Assembly: GCF_963921235.1 (NCBI RefSeq) | Contig: NC_086097.1 | Span: forward strand, 71,798,001-71,862,000 | Direction: 5' to 3' | Length of the DNA: 64,000 nucleotides | From: Mobula hypostoma | Lineage: Eukaryota | Part shown: positions 1 to 14,990 of the stretch, piece by piece | Layout: every line of letters starts with the position of its first letter | Position numbering within the stretch: the stretch's first letter is position 1 | Program-made: the position numbers and the translations under genes | Notes under the pieces: model-generated | The model's database searches: none | What the model was told of the DNA's origin: nothing | Seen by the model: only the letters and a program-made list of their open reading frames with translations

Positions 1-2835
1 ATAGAAGTCGGTAAATGGTACCATGGCAACTATTGAAGTTAGTTCATCTACTGATCAAGCTGCATATTACTGCACTGAGAATTCCTGAGCTGCCTTTGAA
101 TTCAAAAAGCTGTAAGGGAGACCTTCTGCAGACTGTAAACATACATTGCAGGGAATCTGTAAGGAATTCAGAAGAATTTTGTTTGCTTAATCATCTTCTG
201 TATGAAATTTAGCAGACATCTAAAATAAAGTGAGACAGTATCATTAATCAGCTTGAATGGAGATTATGACACATAGAATTTGAGGACACATTGATGACAT
301 TTAACAACCAATCAAATTTCATCACCTTCCTCCATGACAACAGATGCTGACCTTTACAGCTTCCTATTGAGCTTTCATGCGTTACCTGCAGAAATTAACA
401 TTAACTGTTCCACACTGCTATTAATGTCACCTGGGAATAGAGATTCATGAATTCATTTATTATACAGACGAGAGACCCATTTTACACTCTAAGCACAGGA
501 GGGTTGCTTCAAAGAGCTGGTATTTTTGGAAGCTGGCTGAACTACCTATGTGGTTGAGGGATGGCTGCAAGCGACAGAATTAGAAATGTCACTGGCCACA
601 TTGAAAGACAACTGAGGACATCTTCAAGGAGAAACCTTGAGGCTGAACGTTCATGATTTTCACAGGCTGCGTATAACAAAGAACCAAATGGCTGATTGAA
701 ATATTTGAAATGAGAAGCATGACGCCAAAAAAGGGTATTAATTTCCGTCTGACATTATCTGCAAAGAACCAGTATAATCTAATTCTTCTCATTATGCCTA
801 ACAAATGGATTAATATTATAATATTAAAGTCTCAAATTTCCTTGAAACCGGCAGCAAAGTAAGATTGTAAAAGTGGTGTACTGCTTATTTTCACCACAGG
901 AGGTGTAGGTAATTTTGCTGAACTTCTCTCCAGGCCAAGATTTTATCATTTTTTCTTTATATAGGATATTTTAAAATAGGATAAGGAGTAGAACATCAGA
1001 CCCCTCAAACCTGTCCCACCATCCTACTTGTTCATGGCTTAATTCAGCTGCCCTCAACTTTCCTCTTCTCTGATAAGTTCACCTTCAATCCTGCTCTCAG
1101 GGAACTCTCCATTGAAACCCTGGTCCTCCTCTTAATATAATAACTACTCCCACAGCACATAATGACAAGTGGATCTAAGACTCATGAATTCACAGCAATT
1201 CCAAATCGAACTCTCACTTTTTTGGCTCAAGTTCAACATTCTGCTTGCAGCCCAACCTCATTTTCTGTTTTCTTAAGACTGATGTTATTTTCTGGCTTCA
1301 GTACAGTTGGACAAATGCTGGCATAACCTTGTGGAAATTTTCATTTAACAGTGGTCTATGATTACACATTAATTAGAGGATTTATCATTTAGTCGCCTAT
1401 CACATTACATTAAGTCAAAGACTAGTGTGACATCTGCTAAGAATTATGGTGGCCAATATCAGATGGCACGACTAGGATTCAGGAAAGGTCATGTGTTGGC
1501 TGTGGCATGAGCTAATTTAAGCAGGGAGATGTTTATCATTGCTATAAACGCTGTCCACAATCTTTCAAATACAACAGAGGAGTAAGGAAGTAAAGAAAAT
1601 GATGCAAGGAAAGGTTTCAGATACCAAGCTGGCACCATTTGAAAGACACAACTTTGGAAGATTGCCATGAAAAACTGAATGGTCACCAGCAGGAAAATAG
1701 ATTGAGTTACAAGAACTTTAATTGGGTAGTGCCAATTTTAACTCTTTCTTCCTAAAGCAGATTCCAGTTGTGCTGATCTTAACTCCTCCAAGTCTTCCCT
1801 CTGTTGTCTGGTGCAGAAAATGAGAAGGATACTTCTTCCAGCCTCAGTACAACACGTCAGTTCCAGTTACGCTATGCATGAAGAGCTCCAGTATAATATT
1901 CCTGAGTTGCAGAGAAGTAACAGTAGACCGCTGAGTGACAAGAGGTCAATAGAAAATCTTTTGTTTAATGGATTCACCTAGAGCAAGCATATCTTGATGT
2001 GCATTGTTGGAGGGAGGGGACAGGAGACTGGGAATTGTGTATAGAAGAGTATTTTTCATTTTCTGGCAGCTCATGAAAAGGAAAAGGTTTTGACAGCTTG
2101 CTTCTGCCCAGAGGACTGCAGAACTGTTGGGAGTGAGGGAGTGGCTCCAAGGCATCTATTCTCACCTCACTTTGGACACAAGGGATGAGCCTACTGTTTT
2201 GTTTACTAAATCAACGCTTCAAGAATTGATTTAGAATTTCCATAGTTCACACAAATAACAGGAGAGCTTCATGTCTTAATAACAATATATTTATGTCTTA
2301 TATTAGTCATGGCTGTTGTTAGAGGGCAAGTTGTTCTTTTAAGAACACATACATAGTCTGTGTCCGACCACACACAGTACAGAGGAGGTTTGAGGAGCTA
2401 GACATCACACGTTAGCTCTCCCCCACAGGTCCTTTCCACAAGTCGCTCCTTGCGTTCCATACAACATGCCCTTTCTGCAGCAAGACCAAGAGCATTTGAG
2501 AGGAACAAGCACAGCTTCCACTGAGTTGACAACCTAGCAGTAATAACTAATGTCTGTCTCAGAGTGCATCCCAGAACCCTTAAGGTGTTGACAATGAACT
2601 AGGTCAGTTACCAAAACATATCTTTTCACACTTCTTTGTGCATTTCAGTGGGAGGTGGGAGATCTCTGCTGCAGATCCAAGGGCAGCACTCGGTAGTAAA
2701 GCTGGAAGGGCCATGCAGTGAAATCCCACACACCTGTACCCAGGTTGCATGCCTACATTTCAGTGAGAGGCCGGATGACTGGCTGTTTTAATTATTATAG
2801 TAGTTGCATCCAAAACCCAAATGTCCTTCCATATT

Positions 2836-3573
2836 CAATTCAATTCAAGTTTAATTGTCATTCAATCATACATGAATACTCATGAATACAGCCAAACAAG
2901 ACCGTGTTATTCTGGGGTCAAGGTGCAAAACACAGTGCCAACAGTCACACACAGCACAAAGCACACATAACATGTATAAGATAGAAAGATACAGCCACTC
3001 AGTAAAAGAGACCAAACTCAAGCTATCAAACACTACCGAAATCAGCAGACGCCCATTACAGAGCTTGTCTTCTGCCAAGCAAGCACTGGAGGGTGGGGTG
3101 TGAGGGTGCAGTACCAACACCAGCCTGGATGCCACACCACACCGCCCCAGGTGGAGCCTATTAGCTCCAACATCTCTCCACTGACGGCTGTATACAGGCC
3201 ACACGCAGCTTGGGGCCTAGTCCTTGCTATGACTGAGGCCATGCAGTTCCCCTGCCGTCTGCCCCTGCTCTCAGTCAACAAATCAATGAATCGAACTTGC
3301 GGCATTCCACAATTACAATGTCCAAAATGGTCTTGTGATCATAAGAAAAGCAATCAAAACAGTCACTTGCCATTAGGTTGTAAGCCTCCTTTGACTTCAG
3401 CAGCGCCACGTTGCATAGCTCCTTCATTTTCTCCACCAGTGAGCAACTCGCTGACTGGGTAGACCTGCAGTTCCTAGTATTCAGAAGGATCTTGTGATCA
3501 TTAAAAATACGTTTACGTACAACAGTAGCACCTTTTGGTGACCCCGCAGAAGCCGCTGCGACCGAACCTGCCG
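2836..3573 (-). mobile_element. Unclassified short non-autonomous retroposon (GC-rich head, LINE-like tail)
   Basis: On minus it begins in a GC-rich ATGGCGGCAGG.. context and ends ...GAATGACAATTAAAC(TTGAA)n. CCATATT lies at both flanks (2829-2835, 3574-3580), a possible TSD. No RT/EN motifs. Confidence 0.5.
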
Positions 3574-6344
3574 CCATATTACTGGAAATTTGTCACCACT
3601 TACTAATTTTTCACCCTTAGCAATCATGGGAACTCATCAGAGAGTGCAGTCTCCAAGCAAATGGGTAAATCTCTCCTATTATAGGTAAATATTCATCAGT
3701 ATTAGAAACACATGAGTAGCTTAGCATGAGGTTCATAAGAAGTATCACTGTCAAAAGGATTTTGTCTTCCATGCATGTTATGTGGATCTGAACTCTACTG
3801 AATTACAAACAGGAGTGGTGATTGGCTCTAAGATTACTTTAGTTTTGAAGTCAATGCTTGCACCTACCTGGGCCCGGCCAAGCAATTAGCAACCCGCTAC
3901 AGGAAGGGATGAGGTGGTTCATTTAATATTTCGTGGTATTTAGCCAATAAACTGGCAGAGAAGATCACCCAACCTTTATGGGACTATCTGATGAGTTTCA
4001 AATGTAAATTGCTTCAACAGAAGCTGCAACATTTTGTTGCACAGTGCCATGTTTGATTGTGCTATACCTTTCTAGCAATCTGCAGCTCAACCTGCTCCAT
4101 AATCAAAGAGTGACTGCTTTACTTTCTGTCAGCTTTTGAGAGCTAGTATACTTGAGACTGATGGATGAATATATCTTGTTCCCTGCTGGATCCCTGTTGG
4201 GTATACACGTTCATCTTCCTACCATCATTTATCATTACCAAAGTTTATTTCTTTGCCCCAGACTGGGCTCCCATCTGTGAAACTGACCCCCTACAAAGTC
4301 ATCATAGCAGCAACCAAATCAACACATTAATAGCAACTTGTGAGAACATGTTACATAACTGAAAGGCCTTTAATAGACTTTGGCAACCTGGTTGATAAGC
4401 GGAGAAAGCAAGATAATGTGTTTCTATCACTCAAAATAGAAAACTGATAAAATAGAAAAAAGTATGCTTGTGAATTATGAATTCATTAAGGAATTAGAAA
4501 CTTGCATTTACTTTCTCAACATGTGTACATGCAATGCAGAAAGGTACCATGTCAGTACGATAAGCAGTTAAATAGCAAGTACAATGTTGGTCTTCATGGC
4601 TTAGATACAGGAGTAGAAGAACAAGGAAGCTGTGATGCACTGGAATAGCTGAGGACATGCCCAAGCCTAGCTGCAAAAAGAAGAGGGTTGGGCATGGGTC
4701 TAGCAACCCAATCTGTGCCAATGCGGAGTGGCAGAAACGGCAACAGAAGCTCCAAAGACCTCATCTCTGGGAGAGGAAGGATCTTTGCCGAGAAGATGTA
4801 TGAAATTGTGTGGTGAATGTGGAAGCCACAAGGCTGATCAGCTTTTGGTCCGTGACTGAGGACTCTGGCAAGCTGCTGTCGGTGGCCTGTGGCCCATTAG
4901 AGGTAATAGGTTTAAGGAGAAGAAGAACAATCGGAATGTTGTGTGCAGTTACAACTTTTATTCCCAAGGAAAATTATGTTGTCATCACTAAATACATTTT
5001 TGGGATGAAGGGCTTGTCCTCATTCAGCTCTGCTGTCGCAAGGATTGTTAAAAAAAATCCTTCCTAGTAAATGCAATAAGCATATACGGCAGTTCATCTC
5101 TGTGTGACAGGAGAACACACATCATAGTACATTAGTCTCTGTTTTATTATTTCATACAGTATTATTGCACATTACTGAACATGGGTAAGTTATTACTGTG
5201 TATATTATTAAGCTGTACTTCATAATTAGTTAAGTCTGCACACTGCTAAGTGTGTTTTTAAATGTTGATGCTGTAACGAAAAAAATTCCCGCTCAGGATT
5301 AATAAAATACTTATTATTATTTTTATTATTATTAGGAATTTAAATTGAGTAGAATCATCCTGTACCCTTTGAGTTTTGAGAAATGGGATAAAAAAAATAC
5401 ATCTGCCATATTTTGGGCTCCTAGAGGCTGAACGGAGTAGATACAGAAGAAAATTCTCTTTTGGTGGATAGTTTAATGGCATGTCCTTGCGGTAACCCCA
5501 AGGGCATGTCACTAAACAGTCCGTCAAAGAGAATTTAGAACAGAGATGAGGAGTAGTTTCTCCACAAGGAAGACCAAGCACAGCCATGATCTTATTCTAT
5601 GATGGATCAATTTTGGAAGCGTAGTTAGATGTTATTCCTATTTTCCATCTTGTCATGTTCGCAGAAGAGATTTCAACATAATGCTGCATAACTCTTAAAC
5701 AATTCTTCCAAAATTGTAGACCGATATTAGAAGATTCTGCTTTCCTAAGACATGTTACCGCAAAATGCAAGGGAACGCCATGCTTTTGATAATATTGACA
5801 TGAAGATAATGCCCATTTTTGGTAATTTTGACATGAATTAGTCTTTATGTATCTTATGCTTATTCTCAACAACAAAATAATGAGGAACTCACTTTAGTAG
5901 GTATAAGAAAATAGCCATTATAATTTTCCTGTAGTTAAAGGACAAATTTAATATTTCTATCTTTTCCTCCATATTCCTGGATAACATATAACCTTGTAGT
6001 CCAAATGATGAATGCCTTTATAGCATGCACTTTGAGAGTTGTGTAGCATTGGCAATGGCAGCATTAGCTACCCTAACTACTCTTCAAAAGTTAATAGCCA
6101 ACCAATATCTTCAGATGCTGCAGTTTGTGTGGGTAAGGTGCTCCTGGGATATTGGTGGTTAGGTTTGATATTCAATGATTTTGCTCTAGTGATGTTGAAA
6201 GAATGCAATGGATATCTAAGTCAGGAGAGCACATCATTTGAAAGGAAGTGAAATTGTGTGCTGCCCTTGCTTTTTAAGATGGTAGACATGATCAATTCGA
6301 GGCAGTTTCAAAGAAATGCCAATTCATTCTGAAGTACTTATTTA

Positions 6345-6630
6345 CTTTACTTTTATTTAGGTACAATGCAAAACAGGCCCTCCCATCCCAACGAGCCTCA
6401 CCGCCCAGCACCTACTTATTTAACCCTAGCCTAGTCACAAGCAATTTACAATGACCAATTAACCTACTAGTCGATACGTCTTTGGAATGTGGGAGGAAAC
6501 TGGAGCACCCCAAGGAAACTCTTTCACTCATGGGAAGGCCGTACCAACTTCTTACAGATGTTGTTGGAATTGAACTCCAAACTCCGACGCCCCGTGCTAT
6601 AATACTATCGCACTAACCGCTGTGCTACCG
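6345..6630 (-). mobile_element. tRNA-derived SINE (V-SINE/HE1-like)
   Basis: Minus-strand head GGTAGCACAGCGGTTAG (A box) and GGAGTTCAATTCC (B box); V-SINE-like core GGGGTGCTCCAGTTTCCTCCCACATTCCAAAGACGT; A-rich 3' end. Confidence 0.75.
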
Positions 6631-8735
6631 AGGCTCCCCTATATGATAGGTAATGCCAAACCATTGCTACTGTCCAATGAATGTATAAAATGTTGAGAGT
6701 ACGTGAGTTAAGAATAATGCTTTAGCCTGAGTAGTATTTAAGGTCTTTTTTCTGTTAGTTCTGCACTCCTCCATAGAAGTCAAGATATTTCATCATGCTC
6801 CTGACTTCTGCCTCATTAAAGGGAATTCAGGAGGTGAGGTATTTACTACAGAGTTCTGGTCTTTCTTGCCAACGCTAATAATTATTTTTTTCTCTGATTT
6901 TGTCTTCAGGTTGTTAAAGTTTCTATTGTTTAAAATCATCATTGCCTGGCAAGTGTATGGCATTACCTATCAAAACATCATCCAATATTTGAATGTTTTA
7001 TAGGCTCTTCTGCATGTCAGCATGGACTGCTCATTATCTAAGAAGCTGCCAGTACAACCAAGCATTGCGCAATCATCTGCACAAGTATTTCCATTTGTTT
7101 TTTTTTTGGAATTTATTTTTTATTGAAGTTGGGCTCTCCTATGATAGTTCTAACCTCATGATGGAAAAAGGTCATTGTTGAAGCAGATGAAGGTTGTTGA
7201 GCCCAGTGCAACGACCTCAGAAATGTCTTTAGGTCTGAGGTGCTTCCCTCCAGCAACCATCAGTATCTTTCTTTCATAAAGTAAGATTTCCCATTGACTT
7301 CATCATTGCAATGATTGTCTTAATATTATGAGTGCCAACAACTTGGTTTTATTTAAGGAAACAAAGTTCTTGTGATTAAAATCACCTCCAAGTTCTCTTT
7401 GTCATGCATTCTCATGTCTTGGATTCTATTACCTTTCAAAGGACAAAACCTCAGTTATCATAATCAGAGAATGATCTTCACAGTGGCTTTACTTGTTCCC
7501 GAAGATATTGGCCAACATCTGCAACAGTTGTTGATAGCAATAAAAATACAGCCTTGCAAACATGCATTCACCTCACAGGCAAAAAAATGCCTTATCTCTA
7601 GGCATCAGATCAATGGTGTCATCTAACAAATTACCAGAAATATAATTACATCAAGGAAAAGGACAACTAGCCCTGGCAAGTTAATTCTTCCTCAAGCCTT
7701 TTTTTTCACCCTGCAACAAATCCTTCCATTCCTCCCTCTGTTGTACATTTACATAGCTCCATGTTAAATGAAACCACCCTTAAACCTTTGTATGTGACAG
7801 GAATATTAATATTTCACCAGCCTCTATATGAAGGAATGTTTACTGATTTAGGATTGGCCAATGATTTACTATGCTTAGTTTGGGATGCACTATACCATAT
7901 TGGGTCAATTCATTGGAATCTGCCTCTGAAATTCAGTGTTACAGTGTGGCTGAATTTTGAAGGTAGAGTAAAACTTGATTAATCCAGCATGCTCAGGAAA
8001 ATGATGGTGGAGCCAAACTAGCAAATTTCCTCAACTGCTGGATATTACCCCTGCACTTTTAGTTAAATATTTTTAAGATGTTATGCAGTAGGATGATACA
8101 TGTTACAGTGAAGCTAGTAAAACTAAAATGTAGACACTGGAGATGACAATGGGGCCCTGATCTGTGAAAGGCAATGTTGGAACCCAGAAACCCTGTGTGT
8201 AAAAGGGACTGTGGGAACCGTGGACCCAGTGTGTGTGTGTGTGTGGGGGGGGGGGCGGTTATTCATTTGCTTAATATGCAATGGATAGCAATTCCCTTCT
8301 CCTGACCGATAAGTGCCATTGGGAATGCAGTCTGTGGCCTAGTGCTCATTTCAGGAGTGGAGACCCAGTAAAACCAATCACCCAACACTGTGACTGAAAT
8401 GCAGAATGAAATCTGGTTCACTTAACCTGATTAAAATAGTTAAATGAAGATCTGGCTCTTGGGATAGCACTTGTGATCTATTCTCCACACTGATCTACCA
8501 AAACATGAGGTGGTTGTATTCAAAGTTGCTTGGGTGAGAGTTTGACTCCTTCTATATTTTGAATTCTAACTCAAACCCACTCATTCTAGGAAATAAAAAA
8601 TCTCCCCATTTTCTGAAAAGCTATCCTAACCTTTCATAAGTTTAAAATAAGTCTATCACAACGTTGGATTACAAACTGGAAATAAAGTTATTATCACAGT
8701 ACATATACGTCACCATATACAACCCTGAGATTTAT

Positions 8736-10425
8736 TAACACTAGAAAGTCCGCAGGTGCTGGAAATGAAAAGCAATACACGCAAAACGCTGGGGAAACTC
8801 AGCAAGTCAGGCAGCATCCATGGAAATGAATAAACAGTCAATGTTTCAGGCTGAGACCCTTCTTCAGGGCTGGAAAGGAAGGGGAAGATGCTATAACTGC
8901 ACAGGACCGAAAGAAGCTGCAGAAGGTTGAAAATCCAGTTGGCTCCATCTTGGGTACTAGCCTACAAAGTACCCAGGACATCTTCAGGGAGCGGTGTCTC
9001 AGAAAGGCAGCATCCATTATTAAGGACCTCCAGCACCCTGGGCATGCCCTTTTCTCACTGTTACCGTCAGGTAGGAGGTACAGAAGCCTGAAGGCACACA
9101 CTCAGCGATTCAGGAACAGCTTCTTCCTTCTGCCATACGATTCCTGAATGGACATTGAAGCTTTGGACACTACCTCACTTTTTTTATTAACAGTATTTCT
9201 GTTTTTGCACATTTTTAATCATCTATTCAATATACATAATTGATATACTTGTTTATTTATTATAATGTTTTATTTTGTTTATTATTATTATTTTTTCTCT
9301 CTCTCTGCTGGATTATATATTGCATTGAACTGCTGCTGCTAAGTTAACAAATTTCACGTCACATGCCGGTGATAATAAAACTGATTCTGATTCTGATTCT
9401 GAAGGTGGGGGAAGGGAAGGAGAATAGCTAGAAGGTGCTCGGTGAACCCAGGTGGGTTGGAAAGGTAAAGAGCTGGAGAAGGAAGAATCTGATAGGAGAG
9501 GAATGTGGACCATAGGAGAAAGGGAAGGAGAAGAAGATCCAAGAGGATGTGATAGGCAGATGCGAAGGTGCGGAAGAGGCCAAAGTGGAGAATAGAAGAC
9601 GAGGGGAAGGAGAGGGAATTTTTTTACCGGAGGGAGAAATTGGTATTCAGGCCATTAAGTCAGAGCATACTCAGATGGAATATAAGGTATTGCTCCTCTA
9701 CCTTGAGGGTAGCTTCATCTTGGCACAAGAGGAGGACATGGACTGACATGTCAGAACAGGGATGGGAATGGGAATTAAAATGTAGGACTAATGGAAATCT
9801 CTGCTTTTGGCGGGTAGATAGAGGTGCTCAGTGAAGCAGTCACCACCAATTGACAACTGGTCTCACCAATGTAGAGAAGGCCGCATCGGGAGCACTGGAT
9901 CTGGAAGGGCTGCCTGGGGTCCTGAATGGAGATGAGTGAGGAGGTGAATGGGGAGGTGTAGCACTTCTGCAGCATGCAGGGATAGGTGCCAGGAGGGAGA
10001 TTAGTGGGGAGAGACGAATTGACAAGGGAATCATGAAGAGAGTGATCCCTGTGGAAAGCAGAGAGAGGCCAGGTGGTAAAGATACATTTGATGGTAGGAG
10101 CCCTTTGGAGATGGCGGAAGTGTGGAGGATGATGTGTTGCACGTGGAGGCTCGTGAGGTGGAACGTGAGGACAAGAGGAACTCTGTTACTGTTGAGGCAG
10201 GAGAAGATAGAGTGAGTGTGGATATTCAAGAAATGAGAGTAGCATCTGTGGTGGAAGAAGTGAAACACCGTTCTTTGAAGAAGGGATGTGCTGGAAAGGA
10301 AAGCTGCATCCTGGGAAGAGCTGTGGTGGAGATGAAGGAACTGAGAAAAAGGATTAGCATTTTTTACAGGAGACAGGGTGGGAAGAGGTATAGTCAAGCT
10401 AGCTGCAGGAATCGGTAGGTTCACG
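8736..10425 (-). mobile_element. Penelope-like element remnant (GIY-YIG endonuclease plus terminal repeat)
   Basis: IQCSRCGLLYIGET (9775-9975) is the YIG half of a GIY-YIG motif; PLVLTFH..VQHIIL is the linker. The terminal repeat has a hammerhead-like core at ~8835-8872. Confidence 0.75.
8893..9400 (+). mobile_element. Rex1/Babar-like LINE 3' fragment inserted in the Penelope remnant
   Basis: RCLRKAASIIKDLQHPGHALFSLLPSGRRYRS..RFRNSFF C-terminus, then AATAAA and a (TTCTGA)n tail. Confidence 0.8.
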
Positions 10426-13400
10426 TTCATTTACTTGCAGGCATACCCAAAAAATCCATAACAGACTAGTGACCATAAAGAATAATTGAAAGACAGCAAC
10501 AGGTCAGGCATTCAACTAGTGTGAAAAAGACAACGAACTGTGCAAATACAAAAAGAAAGAAATAATAGTGATAAATAAATAAGCAATAAATATCAAGAAC
10601 ATCAGATGAAGAGTCATTGAAAATGGGTTCATGGTTGTGGGAACTGTTACTGAACCTGGTGGTGTGAGTAATGAGACTCCTGTACCTTCATCTTGATGAC
10701 AGAAGTGAGAAGAAAGCATGACCTGGGTGGTGGAGGTCCCTGATGATAGATGCTGCTTTCCTGCAACAACACTTCATGTCGATGAGCTCAGTGGTGGGGA
10801 GGGCTTTACCTGTGATGGACTGGGCCGTATCTACTACTTTTTGTAGGATTTTCCATTCAAGGGCATTGGTGTTTCCATAGGAGGCTGTGATCCAGCCAGT
10901 CCACTGCACATCTATAGGAGTTTGCCAAAAGTTTAGTTGCCATGCTGAATTTTCCCAAACTCCTAAGGAAGTACAGGCGCTGCCATGCTTTCTTTGTAAT
11001 TGCACTCACATGCTGGGCCCAGGACAGGTCCTCCAAAATAATAACACCGAGGAATTTAAAGTTGCTGACCCTCTCAATATCTGATCCTCTGATGAGGACT
11101 AGCTCATGGACCTCTAGTTTTCTCCTCCTGAACTCAATACTCAGCTCCTTGGTCTTGTTGACATTGAAAGGTTGTGTTTGTGACACCACTTGGCCAGATT
11201 TTCAACCTCCCTCCTACATGCTGATTCGTCACCACCTTTAATTCAGCCGACGTCGGTGCTGTCATCAGCAAACTTGAATATAGCATTGGAGCTGTGCTTA
11301 GCCTCACAATCGTTAGTGTAAACCGAGTAGAGCAGGGGGCTAAGCTCACAGCCTTGTGGTGCACCTGTGCTGATGGACATTATTGTGAATCCGAACATGA
11401 TTGGGGTCTGAAAGTAAGAGAATCGAGTATCCAATTGCACAAGGTGGTTTTGAGGCTAAGGTCTTGAAGATAATTGATTAGTTTTGAGGGGATGATGGTA
11501 TTGAATGTTGAGATATAGTTGATAAGGAGCATCCTGACATATGCATCTTTGCTATGCAGATGTTCCAGGGTAGAGAGAAGAACCAATGAGAAGGCAGCTG
11601 CTGAGGACCTTTTGCTCTTGTTGGCAAATTGAAGCAGATCCATGTCACTTCTCAGGCAGTAGTTTCATCACCAACCCCTCAAAACATTTCATCATTGTGG
11701 ATGTAAATGATACTGGATGATAGTCACTGAGGCAGGTTACCACATTCTTCTTAGGCACCGGTATAATTGAAACCTGCCTGAAGCAGGTTGGTACCTTAGA
11801 CTGCCAAAGTGAGAGGTTAAAAATCTCAGTGAATATTCCAGCCAGTTGATCAGTACAGATAAATAATACTTTACTAGGTGCCCCATCCGGGCCAGAAGCT
11901 TTTTGTGGATTCACACTCTGAAGGCTGCGCACATACGGCCCTCAGAGACTGAAGTCACAGGGTCATCAGGGGCTATGGGATTTTGTGATGATTCCACCAT
12001 ATTTTGCTGGTCAAAGTGAGCATAGAAGGCATTGAGCTCATCTGGAAGAGAAGCCTTGAATATTGAATAGGTCCCCACTCATCTCCCTCTAAGGCATTGA
12101 AAGTCTTGTGAACTTAGTAGTTTTTTCTTTGGTGGGTAATTATACTTTTAATTATCTTTACTGTTCTAATAACTTAGTCTAAGCCTGGTGCAAAGAATGT
12201 ATGTGTCTCACCCTCACTCTTTAATAGTTTAAAAATGCTGTATGTCAGGCAACTTTCTTCCAAACCCTTTCCATGCTTTGTTAAAGTTGCTCACTGTCTG
12301 TAGCTCTTTCCAGTCATGAAAGTAATTTTTTAAAGAGTTCATTTAATGAAGAAACTGAATGGTTGCTCCTTTATCAAGTGAAGTCTATAATATAACAGTC
12401 ACACAGTGGATATGATACTACTTGTTTTTTTTTTAATGAGGTGGAAAGGACCAGCCATCATTTTGCAAAAGAAGGCTTTGTCAAAAGATATTAGCTTTCA
12501 GTCGTAGACCTTCTTAAATTGATAGAGGGAGTCTAGTACCACTCAAGGCATCGAGATTACAAGTCTAATGACCCCATAATTAGCAATTTTAAAATGGAAT
12601 TTGTGACTTGGTCTTGCCTTTGAACAAGTGAATGGTTGATAATATGTTCCCAAGAGTGATTTCCGTGAAGTGTACAACATGATTTTATAAGTGAACAATT
12701 GGAGCCACAGCCTCTCACTACCTAGAAGTAGTGCAATTAACTCAAAGCCCCATCACACAATTTCTCTCCAACTAGGAAACTCTGTTCTATCGAATGGTTT
12801 ATTTATTAGGTATAATTGTGGACAACAAGATTCACAGTGGAGTTTTACAGTTTGGTGTCCATAATCAAGCTCTATTGATCAGTAGCAATGTGTCTTATGC
12901 ACAGTACTTTGCAATAAATAATGACAGCTATTAAATGTGAAATGCTATAAACAAGCTGAAGTCTTATTGAGAAAATGCCACTCTGACAAGCGAAATGGCA
13001 TTTTGATATTTTCTCATTGTTTAATGCCCGGAGTCTGTGTATCTGAGTTCGTAAGCTATGCTATGTCTCACTGAAAATATCTCTTCCAGTTTAGCAAGGA
13101 AATGAGTGAGAATTGCTCAAAGGTATATACTATTTTTCAAGCTCAGATGAAAATTCTGATTTAGAGCTTTTGCTTTAAGTCCAGTTATTCAAGTAGAACA
13201 TTTCAAATTTACTAGGTGCTCGTTTTGGATTTATATGCTGCAGCTCTGGCAATAAAACCCAGCTATTGAATAGATGGGACTGTCTACCCAACTGAAATTC
13301 CAAATAATTCTGAGAAATTTTTTATAATACAGACATACATTTCATCCTAAAGTAAAACAGAGAGACAAGGAATACCTAAAATCGATAAAAATCTCAGCAG

Positions 13401-14104
13401 GTCAGGCAACATCTGAGGAAGAGAGAAATTGAATTAGCATTTCATGTTGAAGACTTGACCTGTCGAATAATTCCAGTACTTTTCTATTTGAATAATACAT
13501 ATTTCATGTTGTATCTGTGACTGTGCTTTTATAGAATAATATGGCACAGAAGGAAACAATTAAACCCAGCGATGTCTATGCTGGTGATGGATTTGAAAGA
13601 TCTTTCTAACTGGTCCTGACGAAAGGAGCTTGACTTATTAAATCTGTTCCTGGCTCTGCCTGAATCGTTGAGTATTTTCTTGCATCCAGCCAGACCTGCT
13701 TCCCTGATTTTTTTGCACCACACAACCATTTGTTTTTTGCAAATACATAACAATTCTGGCCCTGTGGAGTCCACTGCAAAATATGCTTCCAGTCCTTTTT
13801 TCAGTGAATTCCAGTTCATTGGAGTTCACTCTTAGAAGAACGTTCTTCTAACACAACCCTGGATCCTTTACTAATTGTTCTAAACTTATGTTCTCAGATT
13901 AACAAAGTTCTTTTCAGAATAAGTAGCTCTTACCTATCTATATATATTTAAAGAAATTCACATATCAATACGTTTAATTCCCTCCCTCCACAAGTTTTCA
14001 ACAAGAGAACAATCCAACATAAACTTCTCTCCCATTAGTTCCCATCCCTCATTCTTGTTATCATTCTGACAGACCTTAGACTTCTCTGGCACTCCATGGA
14101 GACC

Positions 14105-14990
14105 TGAATAAACTACAGCACAGAAATAGACCTTTAGACCCATTTAGTCTGTGCCAGACCTTTAATCTGCCTGGTCCTATTGACCTGCATCTAGACCATA
14201 GCCTTCCATAACCCTCCCATCCATGTACCCATCCAAATTTCTCATAAGTGTTGAAATTGACCCCGCATCCTCCACTTGTGCTGGCAGCATGTTCCACGCT
14301 CTCACCACCTTCTGAGTGAAGAGGTTCCCCCTCATGTTTCTCTTAACCATTTCACCTTTCACCTTTAACCCATGACTCTAGTTGTAGTCTCACCTAACCT
14401 CAGTGGGAAAAGCCCTGATTATATTTTATATCTATATCAAATCTCACCTCAACCTTCTATGTTCCAGGGAATAAAATCCTAACCTATTTAACATTTCCCT
14501 ATAACTCAGGTTCTCAAGTCTTGGCAACACCCTTATACTAAGTTTTCCCTGCACTCTCTCAATCTTATTTACATCTTTCCTGTAGGTAAGTGACCAAAAT
14601 TGGACACAATGCTCCAATTTAGTCCTCACCAACTACTTATACAATTTCAACATAACATCCCAACTCCAATGTGCCAAAAACTTTCTTTATGCCTCTCTCT
14701 ATCTGTGACACCACTTTCAAGAGTTACGGATCTGTATTCCCAGATCCCTCTGTTATACCACAGTCCTCAGTGCTCTACCGCCCATTTTGTAAGACTTACT
14801 CTGGTTGGTCCTCCCAAAGTGCAGCATCTCACACTTGTTTGCATTAAATTCTATCGGCCATTTTTCAGCCATTTTTCCAGCTGGTGCAGATCTCACTGCA
14901 AGCTTTGACAGTCTTCCTTGCTGTCTAGTACACCCCCAATCTTGGTGTCATCCGCAAATTTGCTGATCTGGTTTGCCACATTATTATGGT
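14105..14990 (-). mobile_element. CR1 LINE 3' fragment
   Basis: VRTKLEHCVQFWS..IERVQ..LSYREML (14444-14632) and NLFTQKVVRAWNMLP (14177-14362) are CR1 ORF2 C-terminal motifs. Confidence 0.85.

Larger units (their letters stand above)
8680..12060 (-). mobile_element. Decayed Rex1/Babar-like LINE (RT region to 3' UTR), interrupted at ~8736-10425
   Basis: Fragment ORFs: KASGPDG..IIPVPKK..DYHPVSFTSTMMKCFE (11645-11932), STGAPQGCELSPLLY..FKFADD (11243-11440), NVNKTKEL..FKFLGV (10857-11189). The 3' UTR resumes at 8680-8735. Confidence 0.8.

Noticed and set aside
4670..4925. Possible RTE-type non-autonomous remnant
   Set aside because: Only vague resemblance to RTE 5' and 3' ends; boundaries and TSD not definable.
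5597..5875. Short ORFs and a possible 72-nt plus-strand exon near 5750-5821 (MLPQNARERHAFDNIDMKIMPIF)
   Set aside because: Weak splice signals and no recognisable homology; not supportable.
6560..6630. tRNA gene
   Set aside because: The A/B boxes belong to a SINE head; no cloverleaf can be formed.
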